Assembly (NCBI GenBank): GCA_018401115.1
Contig: JAGYKX010000007.1
Location: 314,815 to 378,814 of the forward strand
DNA: 64,000 bases
From: Flavobacteriaceae bacterium
GTDB lineage: Bacteria > Bacteroidota > Bacteroidia > Flavobacteriales > Flavobacteriaceae
Direction of reading: 5' to 3'
Shown here in pieces: positions 11,350 through 22,744 of the stretch. Made by a program: the position numbers and the translations under genes. Below the pieces are notes generated by a model. The model saw nothing but the letters and a program-made list of their open reading frames with translations, ran no database searches and was not told the origin of the DNA. Position 1 is the stretch's first letter. Each line of letters opens with the position of its first letter.

Positions 11350-11429
11350 AATGATATAGGCAGGGTTACATGACCGCGCATTAAAGCTTCAGCAAGTGCA
11401 TTTTAGGTAAGTCTATATTAAAAAAGTGA

Positions 11430-11852
11430 TTATTCGTGATGGAAAACAGTCTTTACCTCTAATTTGGCAAACTGTCTAAACATTTCCATAACGCCACAGT
11501 AACGCTCCACCGAAAGGTCTACTGTTTTTTGAAGCTTGTCTTCTACTAAATTCGGGCCAAAAAAATGATACGAAATAGTTACGGCGTCATAGAATTTGGG
11601 GTGCTCCTCTGTTAGATTGGCTTCTGTTTGAATCTCAAAAGCACGTACCTCCAATTTCATTTTTTTCATTAATGACGCCACGTCCAATCCAGAACAACCA
11701 GCCAGTGAAGTAAGCATGAGTGCTTTGGGTCTATGTCCGGAGTTCTCACCGCCATTTTCAGCATCTACATCTATTTTTAAAGTATGTCCAGAGGGGTTGT
11801 CGCTTTCAAAAGCCATCCCTCCAAGCCACTTTGTGGTCACAAGGTTTTTCAT
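11430..11852 (-). CDS. OsmC family protein
   Basis: LAGCSG...YCGV cysteine pair. Confidence 0.85.
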   Translation of the reverse strand: MKNLVTTKWLGGMAFESDNPSGHTLKIDVDAENGGENSGHRPKALMLTSLAGCSGLDVASLMKKMKLEVRAFEIQTEANLTEEHPKFYDAVTISYHFFGPNLVEDKLQKTVDLSVERYCGVMEMFRQFAKLEVKTVFHHE

Positions 11853-11900
11853 TCTTTACGATTTTTATAAAGTCTTAAAAGTACAAAAAACCCAGCGCTT

Positions 11901-13031
11901 TTAAACCTTAAAAAGGCTTTCAAAAAGATATATGGTGATCATTCCCCAAAAAGTTCCCGTTGCCATGCTTAAAATGGCTAAAACAATGGCGTGGGGCATC
12001 CATTTTTTTTCATAAGCAGCGGTCACAGCTGGTGCTGTAGCAATTCCGCCAACATTAGCCATGCTTGCAATAGGCACCCAAGCCAAATGAACATTAAGAA
12101 ACTTTGCAGCCAATACCATTCCTATAAAATGAACGAAAATCCAAAAAACCAAAAAGCCTATAAATTCTATGGGCATTGACAAAGCGGTAAACTGTAATTT
12201 AAGTCCTAATATGGCCATGACTACTATGATTAAAACACCGCCTAATTTAAGGGCAAATTGGTAATTCCATCGCGGTATAAAATTACTCACCAACAAGCCT
12301 ATTATTGATAAGGCAATCACTTTGATCACGAAAATAGTCAAGAAGATTTCTACAAGAAAAACTCCTGAAATGAGAAGGGCAATTACCCCGTACAAGGAGA
12401 GGCTTTTTTGCTTCTCCTCAGAGATGGGTAAAGGAATGGTCTTATCTGAAATGTTGAAAAAGGCATTTAATTTTTGACTCTTTTTAATGATTTGAAACAT
12501 AAATATGGTCCAAATATTAACCAAAACTGTGTCTACAACTAAAACTTGTAAAAAAAGACTCTCCGAGGTTTTTGCCAATTCCTTTAAGACCAATTGACTG
12601 GTGCTCCCTCCAATCCAACTGCCTACAATGGGGGGAATACCTTTCCAATAACCAGCTTGAATCCATTGGTTTTGCACCAGATCAGAATCCAAAAAAGTCC
12701 AAGCAAAAACCACAGGGAACAATGCAATAATCGCAGAACCAATCACAAATAAAACAAGAGGTTTAAAGCCAATAACTTTTAATTGAGAAAAAGAAAGACT
12801 GCTCATCACTGCGACAATAGCCATGGGAATAACCCATGTTTTACTAAAGCTATGAATGGAGTCTGTACTGTAATCTACAGAGAAAAAATACGAAATTAAA
12901 GCTGGTATTACGTAGGCCAAAAGCACTGCTGGAATCCAATCAAATACTGCTGCAAGTACTTTGTTTTTGGATTTGTCTAAAAAATAAACTGCGACAATAG
13001 TGAACAGAGAAATAACCCAAGCCGCGCTCAA
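11901..13031 (-). CDS. DUF819 family membrane protein
   Basis: multi-TM; GSWIGG and SMANVGG.A.AP motifs. Confidence 0.75.
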   Translation of the reverse strand: MSAAWVISLFTIVAVYFLDKSKNKVLAAVFDWIPAVLLAYVIPALISYFFSVDYSTDSIHSFSKTWVIPMAIVAVMSSLSFSQLKVIGFKPLVLFVIGSAIIALFPVVFAWTFLDSDLVQNQWIQAGYWKGIPPIVGSWIGGSTSQLVLKELAKTSESLFLQVLVVDTVLVNIWTIFMFQIIKKSQKLNAFFNISDKTIPLPISEEKQKSLSLYGVIALLISGVFLVEIFLTIFVIKVIALSIIGLLVSNFIPRWNYQFALKLGGVLIIVVMAILGLKLQFTALSMPIEFIGFLVFWIFVHFIGMVLAAKFLNVHLAWVPIASMANVGGIATAPAVTAAYEKKWMPHAIVLAILSMATGTFWGMITIYLFESLFKV

Positions 13032-13720
13032 TTTTTAAGGGCTTTTACATATGGCTTTCCTCCTACTACTATCACAATTTCACCTTTTGCGGGCTGGTCG
13101 GTATAGTGGTCTAATACTTCTTGTGCAGTACCACGAATGGTCTCTTCAAATAGCTTGGTAATTTCTCTAGAAACACTCAAAGGTCTCTCTGGACCAAAAT
13201 AAGTGCAAAAATCTTGTAAGGTTCTCAGTAATTTATGCGGAGATTCATAAAAAATAATCGTTCGGGGCTCCTCTTGAAGAAAAGTCAAACGAGTTTGTCT
13301 TCCCTTTTTAACCGGTAAAAAGCCCTCAAAGATAAACTTATCGTTGGGCAAACCGCTATTGACAAGAGCAGGAACAAAGGCTGTAGCTCCGGGCAAACAA
13401 TCAATGGAAACCCCCGCCTCTATACATGCCCTAGAGAGTAAAAATCCTGGATCAGAAATGGCTGGCGTTCCCGCGTCTGAAATAAGCGCCATTGGTTCCC
13501 CAGCTTTTATTCTGTTCACCAATACAGCCACAGTCTTGTGCTCATTGTGCATGTGGTGGGAAAACATGGGCGTCTCAATTTCGAAATGTTTGAGTAGCTT
13601 TCCGCTTGTCCTAGTATCTTCTGCTAAAATAAGTGACACCTCTTTTAAAACCCTTATAGCTCTAATAGTCATGTCTTCTAAATTGCCAATAGGCGTAGGA
13701 ACTAAATACAGTTTAGACAT
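13028..13720 (-). CDS. rsmI: 16S rRNA C1402 2'-O-methyltransferase
   Basis: LYLVPTPIGNLED, AEDTR, SDAGTPAISDPG and YESPH motifs. Confidence 0.95.
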   Translation of the reverse strand: MSKLYLVPTPIGNLEDMTIRAIRVLKEVSLILAEDTRTSGKLLKHFEIETPMFSHHMHNEHKTVAVLVNRIKAGEPMALISDAGTPAISDPGFLLSRACIEAGVSIDCLPGATAFVPALVNSGLPNDKFIFEGFLPVKKGRQTRLTFLQEEPRTIIFYESPHKLLRTLQDFCTYFGPERPLSVSREITKLFEETIRGTAQEVLDHYTDQPAKGEIVIVVGGKPYVKALKN

Positions 13721-13742
13721 AAGGTATTTCTGGTCAATATAA

Positions 13743-14405
13743 TTAATGGTATTTCCGAGTGATCAGTTCAATAAACCTTTTTTCATAAGCCTCTTTACCC
13801 TTCCAATCGTTGTACTCTGGCTTTACTAAATGGCCAATAAAAGACATTGCACGCTCCTTTGAGTCTATGGTGTTCAGTTGAGAAACCACTCTTTTAAAAC
13901 TGTCTTCTTCCCCGTTAAACAACTCTTTTACAAAGGCAATCTGGTCATTTAAACCAAAGGAGATTTGCTGGCCATAACGGCCATTTAAAGTAGTTGCTGT
14001 ATTTATTCTGCTAGCAGAAGGGTCTTGTGTGTTCATCTGGAGCTCTTGTGGTGGTTCAGAATCAGATTCTGTTGGTTGGCTTCCTTTTTTTGGCATATGA
14101 GAAACTATATCAATAATCGTATCCATACCTGGCGTCATAATATCTGATTCGTGTGGATTGGACTCTGGAATTTCTGCTCCAGGAGACAGCACCTCGTGGG
14201 CCATTTCTTGAAACTTCTGTGCTATTTGATTTTCCTCTGTGTCTAAATGAGGGTCTCCTAAATTTTGTGATATAAATTTCAATACCGTAAGCTTCTCATA
14301 GAGTGTCTTGGCGGTCTCATAGAGGGGCGCCAATTCACTGCTGTGATTGGCGTCTAAGATATGTTTTGCCAAGCGCTGAAGTTCTTGATGAAGCTTTTCT
14401 CTCAT
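13743..14405 (-). CDS. conserved hypothetical protein (Bacteroidota)
   Basis: 220-aa ORF with C-terminal GLND..AF..ELF motif. Confidence 0.7.
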   Translation of the reverse strand: MREKLHQELQRLAKHILDANHSSELAPLYETAKTLYEKLTVLKFISQNLGDPHLDTEENQIAQKFQEMAHEVLSPGAEIPESNPHESDIMTPGMDTIIDIVSHMPKKGSQPTESDSEPPQELQMNTQDPSASRINTATTLNGRYGQQISFGLNDQIAFVKELFNGEEDSFKRVVSQLNTIDSKERAMSFIGHLVKPEYNDWKGKEAYEKRFIELITRKYH

Positions 14406-14515
14406 AGTAAAGCTAATATCGGGTTTTTTAGATAAAAACCCATTTGCTTTGCTCCTAATTTTATATTTTTATGCCCCAAGGCCGATGCCTTAATGAGTCT
14501 ACTAAATAAAATAAT

Positions 14516-15202
14516 ATGTTTCTAGAAAATACCGTAAATCATGAAGAGCCTTTTGGATGGATAGAAGTGATTTGTGGTTCCATGTTTTCTGGAAAAACAG
14601 AGGAGCTTATTAGGCGTTTAAAAAGAGCCCAATTTGCCAAGCAACGTATAGAGATATTTAAACCTCAAATAGACACCCGCTACCACGATGAAATGGTAGT
14701 GTCTCATGACGAAAATCAGATTAGGTCTACCCCCGTTCCAGCAGCAGCAAATATTAGAATCCTTGCGGACCAATGTGATGTTGTTGGTATAGATGAAGCA
14801 CAATTTTTTGATACTGAAATTATACATGTGTGCAACGATCTTGCCAATAAGGGAAAACGCGTTATTGTCGCTGGTTTAGACATGGATTTCAAAGGCAATC
14901 CCTTTGGGCCAATGCCAGCCCTCATGGCTACCGCAGAATATGTCACGAAGGTTCATGCGGTGTGTACTAGAACAGGAAACTTAGCCAATTACAGTTTTAG
15001 AAAATCTTCCAATGAAAATCTTGTTTTGCTGGGAGAAACTGCAGAATACGAACCTTTAAGCAGGGCTGCATATTTTAAAGCCATGCTCAAAGAGAAAGTA
15101 AAAAGCTTAGAGGTAAATGACGCAATTGCCTTGACCGATCCTTTAAAAAATTCGGGGGATTCAAATTCAATTCCGACTTCTAGCCCAAAGCAATCCAACT
15201 AA
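14516..15202 (+). CDS. tdk: thymidine kinase
   Basis: [18 protein letters not shown] and AGLDMDF motifs. Confidence 0.95.
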   Translation: MFLENTVNHEEPFGWIEVICGSMFSGKTEELIRRLKRAQFAKQRIEIFKPQIDTRYHDEMVVSHDENQIRSTPVPAAANIRILADQCDVVGIDEAQFFDTEIIHVCNDLANKGKRVIVAGLDMDFKGNPFGPMPALMATAEYVTKVHAVCTRTGNLANYSFRKSSNENLVLLGETAEYEPLSRAAYFKAMLKEKVKSLEVNDAIALTDPLKNSGDSNSIPTSSPKQSN

Positions 15203-15213
15203 TTATTTACTAA

Positions 15214-16305
15214 ATGGGACCTTCAATTTTAGAAATTGACCTTGCCGCTTTAGCCCATAACTATCACTATTTGAGGTCTAAAATAGCCTCAGAAACAATG
15301 CTATTAGGGGTGGTAAAAGCCAATGGGTATGGGTCTGAATCGGTGGCGATAGCAAGAAAACTTGCTGCCTTAGGGGTGGATTATCTCGGTGTAGCTTATA
15401 CGCATGAAGGGGTTGCATTAAGATTAGGGGGTATAAAAACACCTATTTTAGTACTTCACCCTCAACCAGAAGAATTTAGTGATATTGTTAAACACTGTTT
15501 AGAGCCAAGCATTTACTCTATAAGAACTTTGGAGGCTTTCATTAAAGCTGCTCCATGGGAAAGTCATTATCCCATTCACCTTAAATTAAATACGGGCCTA
15601 AATCGTTTGGGTCTTTCTCTGGGCAACTTAGCGATTATCTGTGAAATTCTTTTAAATCAGTCCAACGTAAAAGTAAAAGCTATTATGTCTCACTTAGCGG
15701 CTACAGATGACCTTAAAGAAAAGGCTTTTACTGAGTTACAAATCCAACGATTTAAAGAGGGAACCGCGTTTATTGAAAAGCAGATAGGACCTGTCGCTTT
15801 GAAACACCTCAGCAATAGTTCAGGAATTTTAAATTTCCCAGAGGCAGCATTCAATATGGTCAGAAGTGGCATAGCCCTTTATGGCTATGGAAATCATTCC
15901 AAAATAGATTCACTTTTAAAGCCTGTAGCCACCTTAACCACTAAAATTTCTCAAATTCACTCCATTGAAAAAGGAGATTGGGTAGGGTACAACAAAGGTT
16001 TTGTTGCGGCTAAAAAAATGCGCGTAGCCACTTTAACCATTGGCCATGCAGACGGTATTTCAAGGGTTTATGGCCAAGGTAAAGGGGTGGTTTTTGTAAG
16101 TGGAAATCCTTGTCCAATTATAGGAAATGTGTGTATGGATATGCTGATGATAGACCTAAGAAACCATGTGGCTAAGGAAGGAGACAACGTAGTGATCTTT
16201 GGAAAAGGCGCTTCTGCAGAAACTTTTGCTAGCGGAGCTAAAACCATTTCATACGAACTATTAACAGGGATTGGTGCAAGAGTAAAAAGAGTGATTTTCT
16301 TTTGA
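15214..16305 (+). CDS. alr: alanine racemase
   Basis: VVKANGYG, HLKLNTG..RLG and CMDM motifs. Confidence 0.92.
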   Translation: MGPSILEIDLAALAHNYHYLRSKIASETMLLGVVKANGYGSESVAIARKLAALGVDYLGVAYTHEGVALRLGGIKTPILVLHPQPEEFSDIVKHCLEPSIYSIRTLEAFIKAAPWESHYPIHLKLNTGLNRLGLSLGNLAIICEILLNQSNVKVKAIMSHLAATDDLKEKAFTELQIQRFKEGTAFIEKQIGPVALKHLSNSSGILNFPEAAFNMVRSGIALYGYGNHSKIDSLLKPVATLTTKISQIHSIEKGDWVGYNKGFVAAKKMRVATLTIGHADGISRVYGQGKGVVFVSGNPCPIIGNVCMDMLMIDLRNHVAKEGDNVVIFGKGASAETFASGAKTISYELLTGIGARVKRVIFF

Positions 16306-16321
16306 AATAAGCTTTTTACCC

Positions 16322-16498
16322 ATTGACTATGGTGAATGGGTCAATAGTATCATTAACTTATTCATTGTGGGTATGGTGATGTTTTATTGTAGTAAAGGCC
16401 TATTAAAAATTAAACCTGCGCCACCAAAATCAAGTCCTAAAAAGGGGCCTACCTTAGAGGAAATTTTGCTAGAAATAAGAGATCTTATTAAAGAATAA
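16322..16498 (+). pseudogene. mscL: C-terminal remnant of large-conductance mechanosensitive channel
   Basis: Reads IDYGEWVNSIINLFIVG...GPTLEEILLEIRDLIKE*; N-terminal half absent. Confidence 0.7.
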
Positions 16499-16609
16499 AT
16501 CATAAGTTGTTGCAAAAATAACTTTTTGTTAAATTTTTATAACAATTTGAAAAGTTATGGAGCGGAACCCCTAAGAATGATTACTTTTGTTTATTAAAAA
16601 TTTAAAAAA

Positions 16610-17599
16610 ATGAAAGTAGCTGTTGTAGGCGCTACCGGAATGGTAGGTGAAGTCATGTTAAAAGTTTTGGCAGAACGTAATTTTCCAATTAGTGAATTGC
16701 TTCTTGTAGCCTCTGAGCGATCAGTGGGTAAAACCATGGAATACGGTGGTAAAACCCATACAGTAATTGGTTTACAAACTGCCGTAGACGCAAAACCTCA
16801 TATTGCTATATTTTCTGCAGGAGGAGACACTTCTTTGGAATGGGCACCAAAATTTGCCGCTGCTGGGACTACAGTAATTGATAATTCTTCTGCGTGGAGA
16901 ATGCACCCAGATCACAAATTAATCGTCCCTGAAATTAACGCCAACACTCTTACAAAAGAAGATAAAATTATAGCCAACCCCAATTGCTCTACCATTCAAA
17001 TGGTCTTGGTTTTAGCGCCTTTACACCAAGCTTACAAAATGAAACGCGTGGTGGTGTCTACCTATCAATCTGTTTCAGGAACTGGGGTAAAGGCGGTGGA
17101 ACAAATGGAAAATGAGACAAAGGGCATTCAAGGAGAAATGGCTTATCACTACCCTATACACAGAAATGCTATTCCCCATTGCGATGTGTTTTTAGAAAAC
17201 GGATACACTAAAGAAGAAATGAAATTGGCTAATGAGCCTAAAAAAATATTGGGAGACCACTCTTTCCATATTACTGCCACCGCAGTGAGAATACCGACCG
17301 CTGGGGGGCATTCTGAATCTGTCAATGTGAGCTTTGAAAAAGACTTTGACCTCTCTGAAGTAAGATCAATTCTCCATGAAACACCAGGGGTAGTAGTTCA
17401 AGACAATACCGACACAAATACCTATCCAATGCCAGCCTATGCACATGACAAAGACGACGTTTTTGTAGGGAGAATTAGAAGAGATGAAAGTGCAGAAAAC
17501 ACCTTAAATATGTGGATTGTAGCAGACAACCTCAGAAAAGGAGCTGCCACCAATGCCATTCAAATTGGAGAATACTTAATTGCAAACGGTTTGGTGTAA
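16610..17599 (+). CDS. asd: aspartate-semialdehyde dehydrogenase
   Basis: VGATGMVG, NPNCST, QSVSGTG and DNLRKGAA motifs. Confidence 0.95.
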   Translation: MKVAVVGATGMVGEVMLKVLAERNFPISELLLVASERSVGKTMEYGGKTHTVIGLQTAVDAKPHIAIFSAGGDTSLEWAPKFAAAGTTVIDNSSAWRMHPDHKLIVPEINANTLTKEDKIIANPNCSTIQMVLVLAPLHQAYKMKRVVVSTYQSVSGTGVKAVEQMENETKGIQGEMAYHYPIHRNAIPHCDVFLENGYTKEEMKLANEPKKILGDHSFHITATAVRIPTAGGHSESVNVSFEKDFDLSEVRSILHETPGVVVQDNTDTNTYPMPAYAHDKDDVFVGRIRRDESAENTLNMWIVADNLRKGAATNAIQIGEYLIANGLV

Positions 17600-17608
17600 C
17601 TTTAGGGT

Positions 17609-18607
17609 ATGCTTGTACTGGAAAACATCCATTTTAAATACAAAGAACCCCTTCTTCAAAATATACACTTACGTCTAGCCCCTGGAAAGCTTATGGCTTT
17701 AACAGGCGCTAGCGGGAGTGGAAAAAGTACCTTGTTAAAACTAATTTACGGGAGTTTAGCCCCTGAAAAAGGCCAAATACATTGGAAAAAAGAAGCTTTA
17801 TTAGGGCCTGAATACAACCTGCTCCCAGGCGCCCCTTTTTTGAGGTATCTGGCCCAGGATTTTGATCTCATGCCATATACTTCTGTCGCTGAAAATATTA
17901 GCCAACATTTATCTGTTTTTGAGCCAGAGCATATGGAAAAACGTACCGCTGAGCTTTTAGAGCTCACAGATATGGAGTCTTTTGCCAATACCCAAGTTAA
18001 AAATTTATCAGGCGGACAACAACAACGCGTGGCTTTGGCAAAGGTTTTGGCAAAAGCTCCAGAATTAATTCTCTTAGATGAGCCCTTTAGTCATATAGAC
18101 CCCCCTTTAAAACTTATATTGAGAACAAAGCTATTCAACTACCTAGAACAGCACAAAATTGCCTGTATATTAGCCTCTCACCATCCCGAGGATTATATGG
18201 GTCATGCCCACGAAATGGTCTGTATGGAAAAAGGTGAAATTATCGCTTCTGGCACGCCAGAATCCTTGTATCAATTCCCGCCCAACAAAAAGGTAGCAGA
18301 GCTTTTTGGCGTCTTAAATATTTTAGATAAAGCCACTGTTTTGTCGTTGTATCCATCGCTTAAAATAAAAGAAGGACAGGAAATTGTAGTTTGGCCACAT
18401 GAATGGTCCTATAACGCACAAACTGGCATAAAAGTCAGTGTTGAAAAGAGTCTTTTTGTTGGAAATGGCTATCTAATAGTCTTTAAATCAATAGATGGGA
18501 AGCGCTTTTATATGCATTCAAAAACGGCCCTTTTAGAAAATGAAAAAAAGCGTATTCAAGTGTCCTTAGACCTCTGTGAACAGCGTTTAAATTCATTAGA
18601 GGTGTAG
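17609..18607 (+). CDS. ABC transporter ATP-binding protein
   Basis: GASGSGKS, LSGGQQQR and LLDEPF motifs. Confidence 0.9.
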   Translation: MLVLENIHFKYKEPLLQNIHLRLAPGKLMALTGASGSGKSTLLKLIYGSLAPEKGQIHWKKEALLGPEYNLLPGAPFLRYLAQDFDLMPYTSVAENISQHLSVFEPEHMEKRTAELLELTDMESFANTQVKNLSGGQQQRVALAKVLAKAPELILLDEPFSHIDPPLKLILRTKLFNYLEQHKIACILASHHPEDYMGHAHEMVCMEKGEIIASGTPESLYQFPPNKKVAELFGVLNILDKATVLSLYPSLKIKEGQEIVVWPHEWSYNAQTGIKVSVEKSLFVGNGYLIVFKSIDGKRFYMHSKTALLENEKKRIQVSLDLCEQRLNSLEV

Positions 18608-19738
18608 CTCCGCCAATTCACTGCCTACTTTTGACCCTAAAGCCACGCCCATTCCTCCCAAACGAACCCCACAGTACACGTTGGGCTGAACACATTTTAA
18701 GAGGGGTTCTTTACCAGCTCCAACACCCATAATTCCAGACCATCTACGATCAATTTCATAGGAAACCCCAGGAAGAATCGTTTCTTTAAGTAAGCGATCA
18801 AGTGCGTCTTGAATAAGCGACGTTTGAGAAAAATCAGTGGTTTCTTCCTCTTTGAAGGCCAAGTTTCGCCCTCCTCCTAGCAGTATTCTTTGGTCTATGT
18901 TTCTAAAATAATAGTAGCCCATGTCCAAATGAAAAGCCCCTTTTATGTGGAGATTTTCTATGGGCTTTGTAATAAGAACCTGAGCCCGTGCAGGCCTTAC
19001 ATTTTCTATTTGAAGCGATTTAGAAAAACCGTTGGTTGCTATAAATAACGCCCCTGCTTTACACTCAAAAAAATTAGTTTTCAGGTGAACCGATCCATTA
19101 GAACTAGAAAAATCAGTGAGCTCAGTCCCATAAAAAATATGAATGTCTTGCGCTTGCACTTTACGGATTAGCTGCTTCATCATGAGGCCGGTATCTATCT
19201 GTCCCTCGTGAACGCTGCTAATATAATTTTCTTTTACCCCCTTAAAATTAAACGTATTGGACGCAGTGTAAAACGAATCCGACTTAAAAACCGGCTGTAA
19301 CAATGAATTCACTGCGGTTAATTGGTCTAAACATGTCTCGTATAGTGCTGTGTGGGCTGCTAAAAAAACTTCATGCCCACCGTGGTTCTTATACCCTATT
19401 GGAGCGTCCCCCAGTCTACTTCTGAGTAATTGAACCCCCTCATACCTTCTTTGAACAATATTTAAAACGCTTTGTTCGCCCTGGCAATCTATGTCGGACA
19501 AAATTTCAGAAATACTACCAAAGCAAGTAAATCCTGCATTTTTAGTACTTGCCCCATGAGGCAAAATGCCTTTTTCAAAAACTACAATAGTAGATTTAGG
19601 GTATTTTTCCCTTAAAGAAAGGGCACAGCTTAAACCGACTATACCACTTCCAATTACTGCATAATCTATATTTGACAACCAGTGTTTGTGCTCCCAGTAA
19701 CTCAGTGCGTCCATGCTTAAAAATACTACATTTTCCAA
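18596..19738 (-). CDS. FAD-dependent oxidoreductase (DAO family); real start may be the internal MDALSYWE
   Basis: IGSGIVG and GASTKNAG motifs. Confidence 0.85.
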   Translation of the reverse strand: MENVVFLSMDALSYWEHKHWLSNIDYAVIGSGIVGLSCALSLREKYPKSTIVVFEKGILPHGASTKNAGFTCFGSISEILSDIDCQGEQSVLNIVQRRYEGVQLLRSRLGDAPIGYKNHGGHEVFLAAHTALYETCLDQLTAVNSLLQPVFKSDSFYTASNTFNFKGVKENYISSVHEGQIDTGLMMKQLIRKVQAQDIHIFYGTELTDFSSSNGSVHLKTNFFECKAGALFIATNGFSKSLQIENVRPARAQVLITKPIENLHIKGAFHLDMGYYYFRNIDQRILLGGGRNLAFKEEETTDFSQTSLIQDALDRLLKETILPGVSYEIDRRWSGIMGVGAGKEPLLKCVQPNVYCGVRLGGMGVALGSKVGSELAELHL

Positions 19739-19854
19739 TACTTATTGGAGGCATTTAAATCAAAAAATCACCCCTAAAAAGCAAACGCTTCTCGGGGGTG
19801 ATGAATACTTAAGTATCAGTTGGGTCAAAATTACCCAGCAGGTTCTTTGACTGT

Positions 19855-21201
19855 TTAATCAATCGGGTCCATTACAAAATCTTCCATAAATTTAGTGGTG
19901 TAATTGCCCGCTAAATAATCCGGATGATCCATAAGTTGTCTGTGGAAAGGAATGGTTGTCTTAACGCCTTCAATCACAAATTCGTCTAAAGCCCTTTTCA
20001 TTTTGTTAATAGCCTCTTCCCTAGTTTGTGCCGTTGTAATTAACTTGGCAATCATAGAGTCATAATTTGGAGGAATCACATAGCCGCTATACACATGGGT
20101 GTCTAATCTAATCCCATGACCCCCTGGCGTGTGAAGAGTGGTGATTTTTCCCGGACTCGGTCTAAAACCGTTATACGGGTCTTCTGCATTAATCCTACAT
20201 TCTATGGCGTGTAGTTTTGGGTAGTAATTTTTTCCAGATATTGGCACCCCTGCAGCCACTAATATTTGCTCTCTAATCAAATCGTAATCTACCACTTGTT
20301 CTGTAATAGGGTGCTCTACCTGAATTCTAGTATTCATTTCCATGAAGTAAAACTTCCTGTGTTTGTCTACCAAAAATTCTATGGTTCCAGCGCCTTCGTA
20401 CTTAATATATTCTGCTGCTTTTACCGCAGCATTGCCCATTTCTTCTCTCAATTTATCTGTCATAAATGGAGAAGGGGTTTCTTCTGTTAGTTTTTGGTGT
20501 CTGCGTTGCACCGAACAATCTCTTTCTGACAAGTGACATGCTTTTCCAAACTGATCTCCAACTACCTGAATCTCAATGTGTCTAGGCTCTTCTATCAGTT
20601 TTTCCATATACATCCCTCCATTACCAAAAGCTGCTGTAGCTTCTTGTACAGCACTTTCGAATAATTTGGTCATGTCTTCTTCTTTCCAAACGGCGCGCAT
20701 TCCCTTACCTCCACCACCAGCAGTGGCTTTAATCATTACAGGATAACCCACTTTTTTTGCGGTGGCAAGAGCATCCTTAACATCCTTTAAAATACCCGCA
20801 GAACCAGGAACACAGGGCACTCCTGCTTTTTTCATGGTTTCTTTAGCAGTGGCTTTGTCGCCCATTTTATCTATTTGATCACCCGATGCACCAATGAATT
20901 TAATGCCATGCTCCGCGCAAATTCTTGAAAACTTAGCGTTTTCAGACAAAAAACCATAACCAGGGTGAATGGCGTCTGCATTGGTAATTTCAGCCGCAGC
21001 AATAATATTTGGGATTTTCAAATAAGACTCGCTACTCGGTGCAGGTCCTATACAAACCGCCTCGTCTGCGAATCTCACATGAAGACTTTCCTCGTCTGCT
21101 TTGGAATACACCGCAACAGTCTTAATTCCCATTTCTTTACAGGTCCTGATAATCCTTAAGGCTATCTCTCCCCTATTTGCAATTAATATCTTCTTAAACA
21201 T
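19855..21201 (-). CDS. accC: acetyl-CoA carboxylase, biotin carboxylase subunit
   Basis: [16 protein letters not shown] and [10 protein letters not shown] motifs. Confidence 0.97.
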   Translation of the reverse strand: MFKKILIANRGEIALRIIRTCKEMGIKTVAVYSKADEESLHVRFADEAVCIGPAPSSESYLKIPNIIAAAEITNADAIHPGYGFLSENAKFSRICAEHGIKFIGASGDQIDKMGDKATAKETMKKAGVPCVPGSAGILKDVKDALATAKKVGYPVMIKATAGGGGKGMRAVWKEEDMTKLFESAVQEATAAFGNGGMYMEKLIEEPRHIEIQVVGDQFGKACHLSERDCSVQRRHQKLTEETPSPFMTDKLREEMGNAAVKAAEYIKYEGAGTIEFLVDKHRKFYFMEMNTRIQVEHPITEQVVDYDLIREQILVAAGVPISGKNYYPKLHAIECRINAEDPYNGFRPSPGKITTLHTPGGHGIRLDTHVYSGYVIPPNYDSMIAKLITTAQTREEAINKMKRALDEFVIEGVKTTIPFHRQLMDHPDYLAGNYTTKFMEDFVMDPID

Positions 21202-21249
21202 AGTAGCGCTATTTATAATCCATGAAATATGTTAGCCTTTAGAGGCAAA

Positions 21250-21720
21250 TTAAGAAGGATCTACTACGAAAAGTGGCTGATCAAATTCTACTGGGGAAGA
21301 GTCGTCTACCAAAATCTTAACAATCTTACCCGACACTTCTGACTCAATGTCATTAAATAATTTCATGGCTTCAATCACACAAAGCACATCTCCTTTTCCT
21401 ATCTCACCTCCAACCTCAACAAAATTGGGTTTGTCTGGAGAAGGCCTTCTGTAAAAAGTTCCAATAATGGGCGATTTTATGGTGATCAAATGGTCTTCAT
21501 TAGCTGGGGCAGATTTTGTGGCTGGCGCCGATGCCTCAACCACTGCTGCCACAGGAGCCGTAGCCACTGGCATTTGTTGCATGTAAACAGGCTCAGAAAC
21601 AGCCGTCCCTAAAGGACCTGTTCTGATGGTAATTTTAATTTCTTCTGTCTCTAATTTAACTTCACTGGCTCCTGATTTAGCCACAAATTTAATGAGGTTC
21701 TGAATTTCTTTAATATCCAT
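21250..21720 (-). CDS. accB: biotin carboxyl carrier protein
   Basis: EAMKL biotinylation motif. Confidence 0.97.
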   Translation of the reverse strand: MDIKEIQNLIKFVAKSGASEVKLETEEIKITIRTGPLGTAVSEPVYMQQMPVATAPVAAVVEASAPATKSAPANEDHLITIKSPIIGTFYRRPSPDKPNFVEVGGEIGKGDVLCVIEAMKLFNDIESEVSGKIVKILVDDSSPVEFDQPLFVVDPS

Positions 21721-21748
21721 TTTAATAAAGTTTAGTTGCGTTAAAGTA

Positions 21749-22744
21749 TTAGTTGTCGTAGGCCCATGTCAAATAAATAGAACCCCACGTAAAGCCTCCA
21801 CCGAAAGCGGCAAAGACCAGTTTGTCTCCTTTTTTTAATTGATTCTCGTAATCTGCCAATAACAGTGGTAAAGTGGCAGAAGTTGTATTCCCGTATTTGG
21901 CAATATTGTTCATTACCTTGGAAGTATCTACTTCCATTCTTTTAGCTGTAGCGTCAATAATTCTATTGTTGGCCTGGTGGGGCACCAACCAATCTACTTG
22001 ATCTTTTGTGAGTGTGTTACGCTCCATTATTTTAGCGGCAGCGTCTGCCATATTAGAAACGGCAAATTTAAATACTGTTTTCCCGTCTTGGTAAACATGG
22101 TGCTGCTTATTTTGAACTGTTTCTATAGAGGCGGGCAACAACGAACCACCTGCTTCCATTTTAAGAAAATTCCTTCCTATTCCGTCGGACCTTAGGTATT
22201 CATCTTGCAATCCATAACCTTCGTTGTTGGGCTCAAAAAGAGCTGCTCCTGCACCATCTCCAAAGATAATACAAGTAGCCCTGTCAGTATAGTCAATAAT
22301 AGAAGACATTTTATCTGCGCCTATTAAAAGTACTTTCTTATACCTCCCTGCCTCAATATATGCCGCAGCTGTAGACATTCCATACAAGAAACTTGAACAA
22401 GCGGCCTGTAAATCATAAGAAAAAGCATTAATCGCGCCTATTTCTGAAGCCACATAGGCGGCAGTAGAAGCTACTAAAAGGTCTGGAGTAGCTGTAGCTA
22501 CAAGCACTAAATCTATAGTGTGAGGGTCTAATTGTTTCTTTTCAATAAGGTCCTTGGCTGCCTGAATAGCCAAGTAAGAAGTTCCTTTGTCTTTGTCTTT
22601 TAAAATTCTACGCTCTTTAATTCCTGTTCTAGAGGTAATCCATTCATCGTTGGTCTCCACCATGGTCTCTAAAAGTGCGTTTGTTAACACAAAGTCTGGG
22701 ACATAAGATCCCACAGCTGAAATGGCTGCATGTAATTTTGTCAT
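21749..22744 (-). CDS. fabH: 3-oxoacyl-ACP synthase III
   Basis: AACSSF, FGDGAGA, PHQAN and GNT motifs. Confidence 0.95.
   Translation of the reverse strand: MTKLHAAISAVGSYVPDFVLTNALLETMVETNDEWITSRTGIKERRILKDKDKGTSYLAIQAAKDLIEKKQLDPHTIDLVLVATATPDLLVASTAAYVASEIGAINAFSYDLQAACSSFLYGMSTAAAYIEAGRYKKVLLIGADKMSSIIDYTDRATCIIFGDGAGAALFEPNNEGYGLQDEYLRSDGIGRNFLKMEAGGSLLPASIETVQNKQHHVYQDGKTVFKFAVSNMADAAAKIMERNTLTKDQVDWLVPHQANNRIIDATAKRMEVDTSKVMNNIAKYGNTTSATLPLLLADYENQLKKGDKLVFAAFGGGFTWGSIYLTWAYDN

Noticed and set aside
3917..16305. Link between host tRNA-Ala or alanine racemase and the alanine-free element
   Set aside because: Both are ordinary core genes 28-40 kb from the element, with no evidence of a connection.
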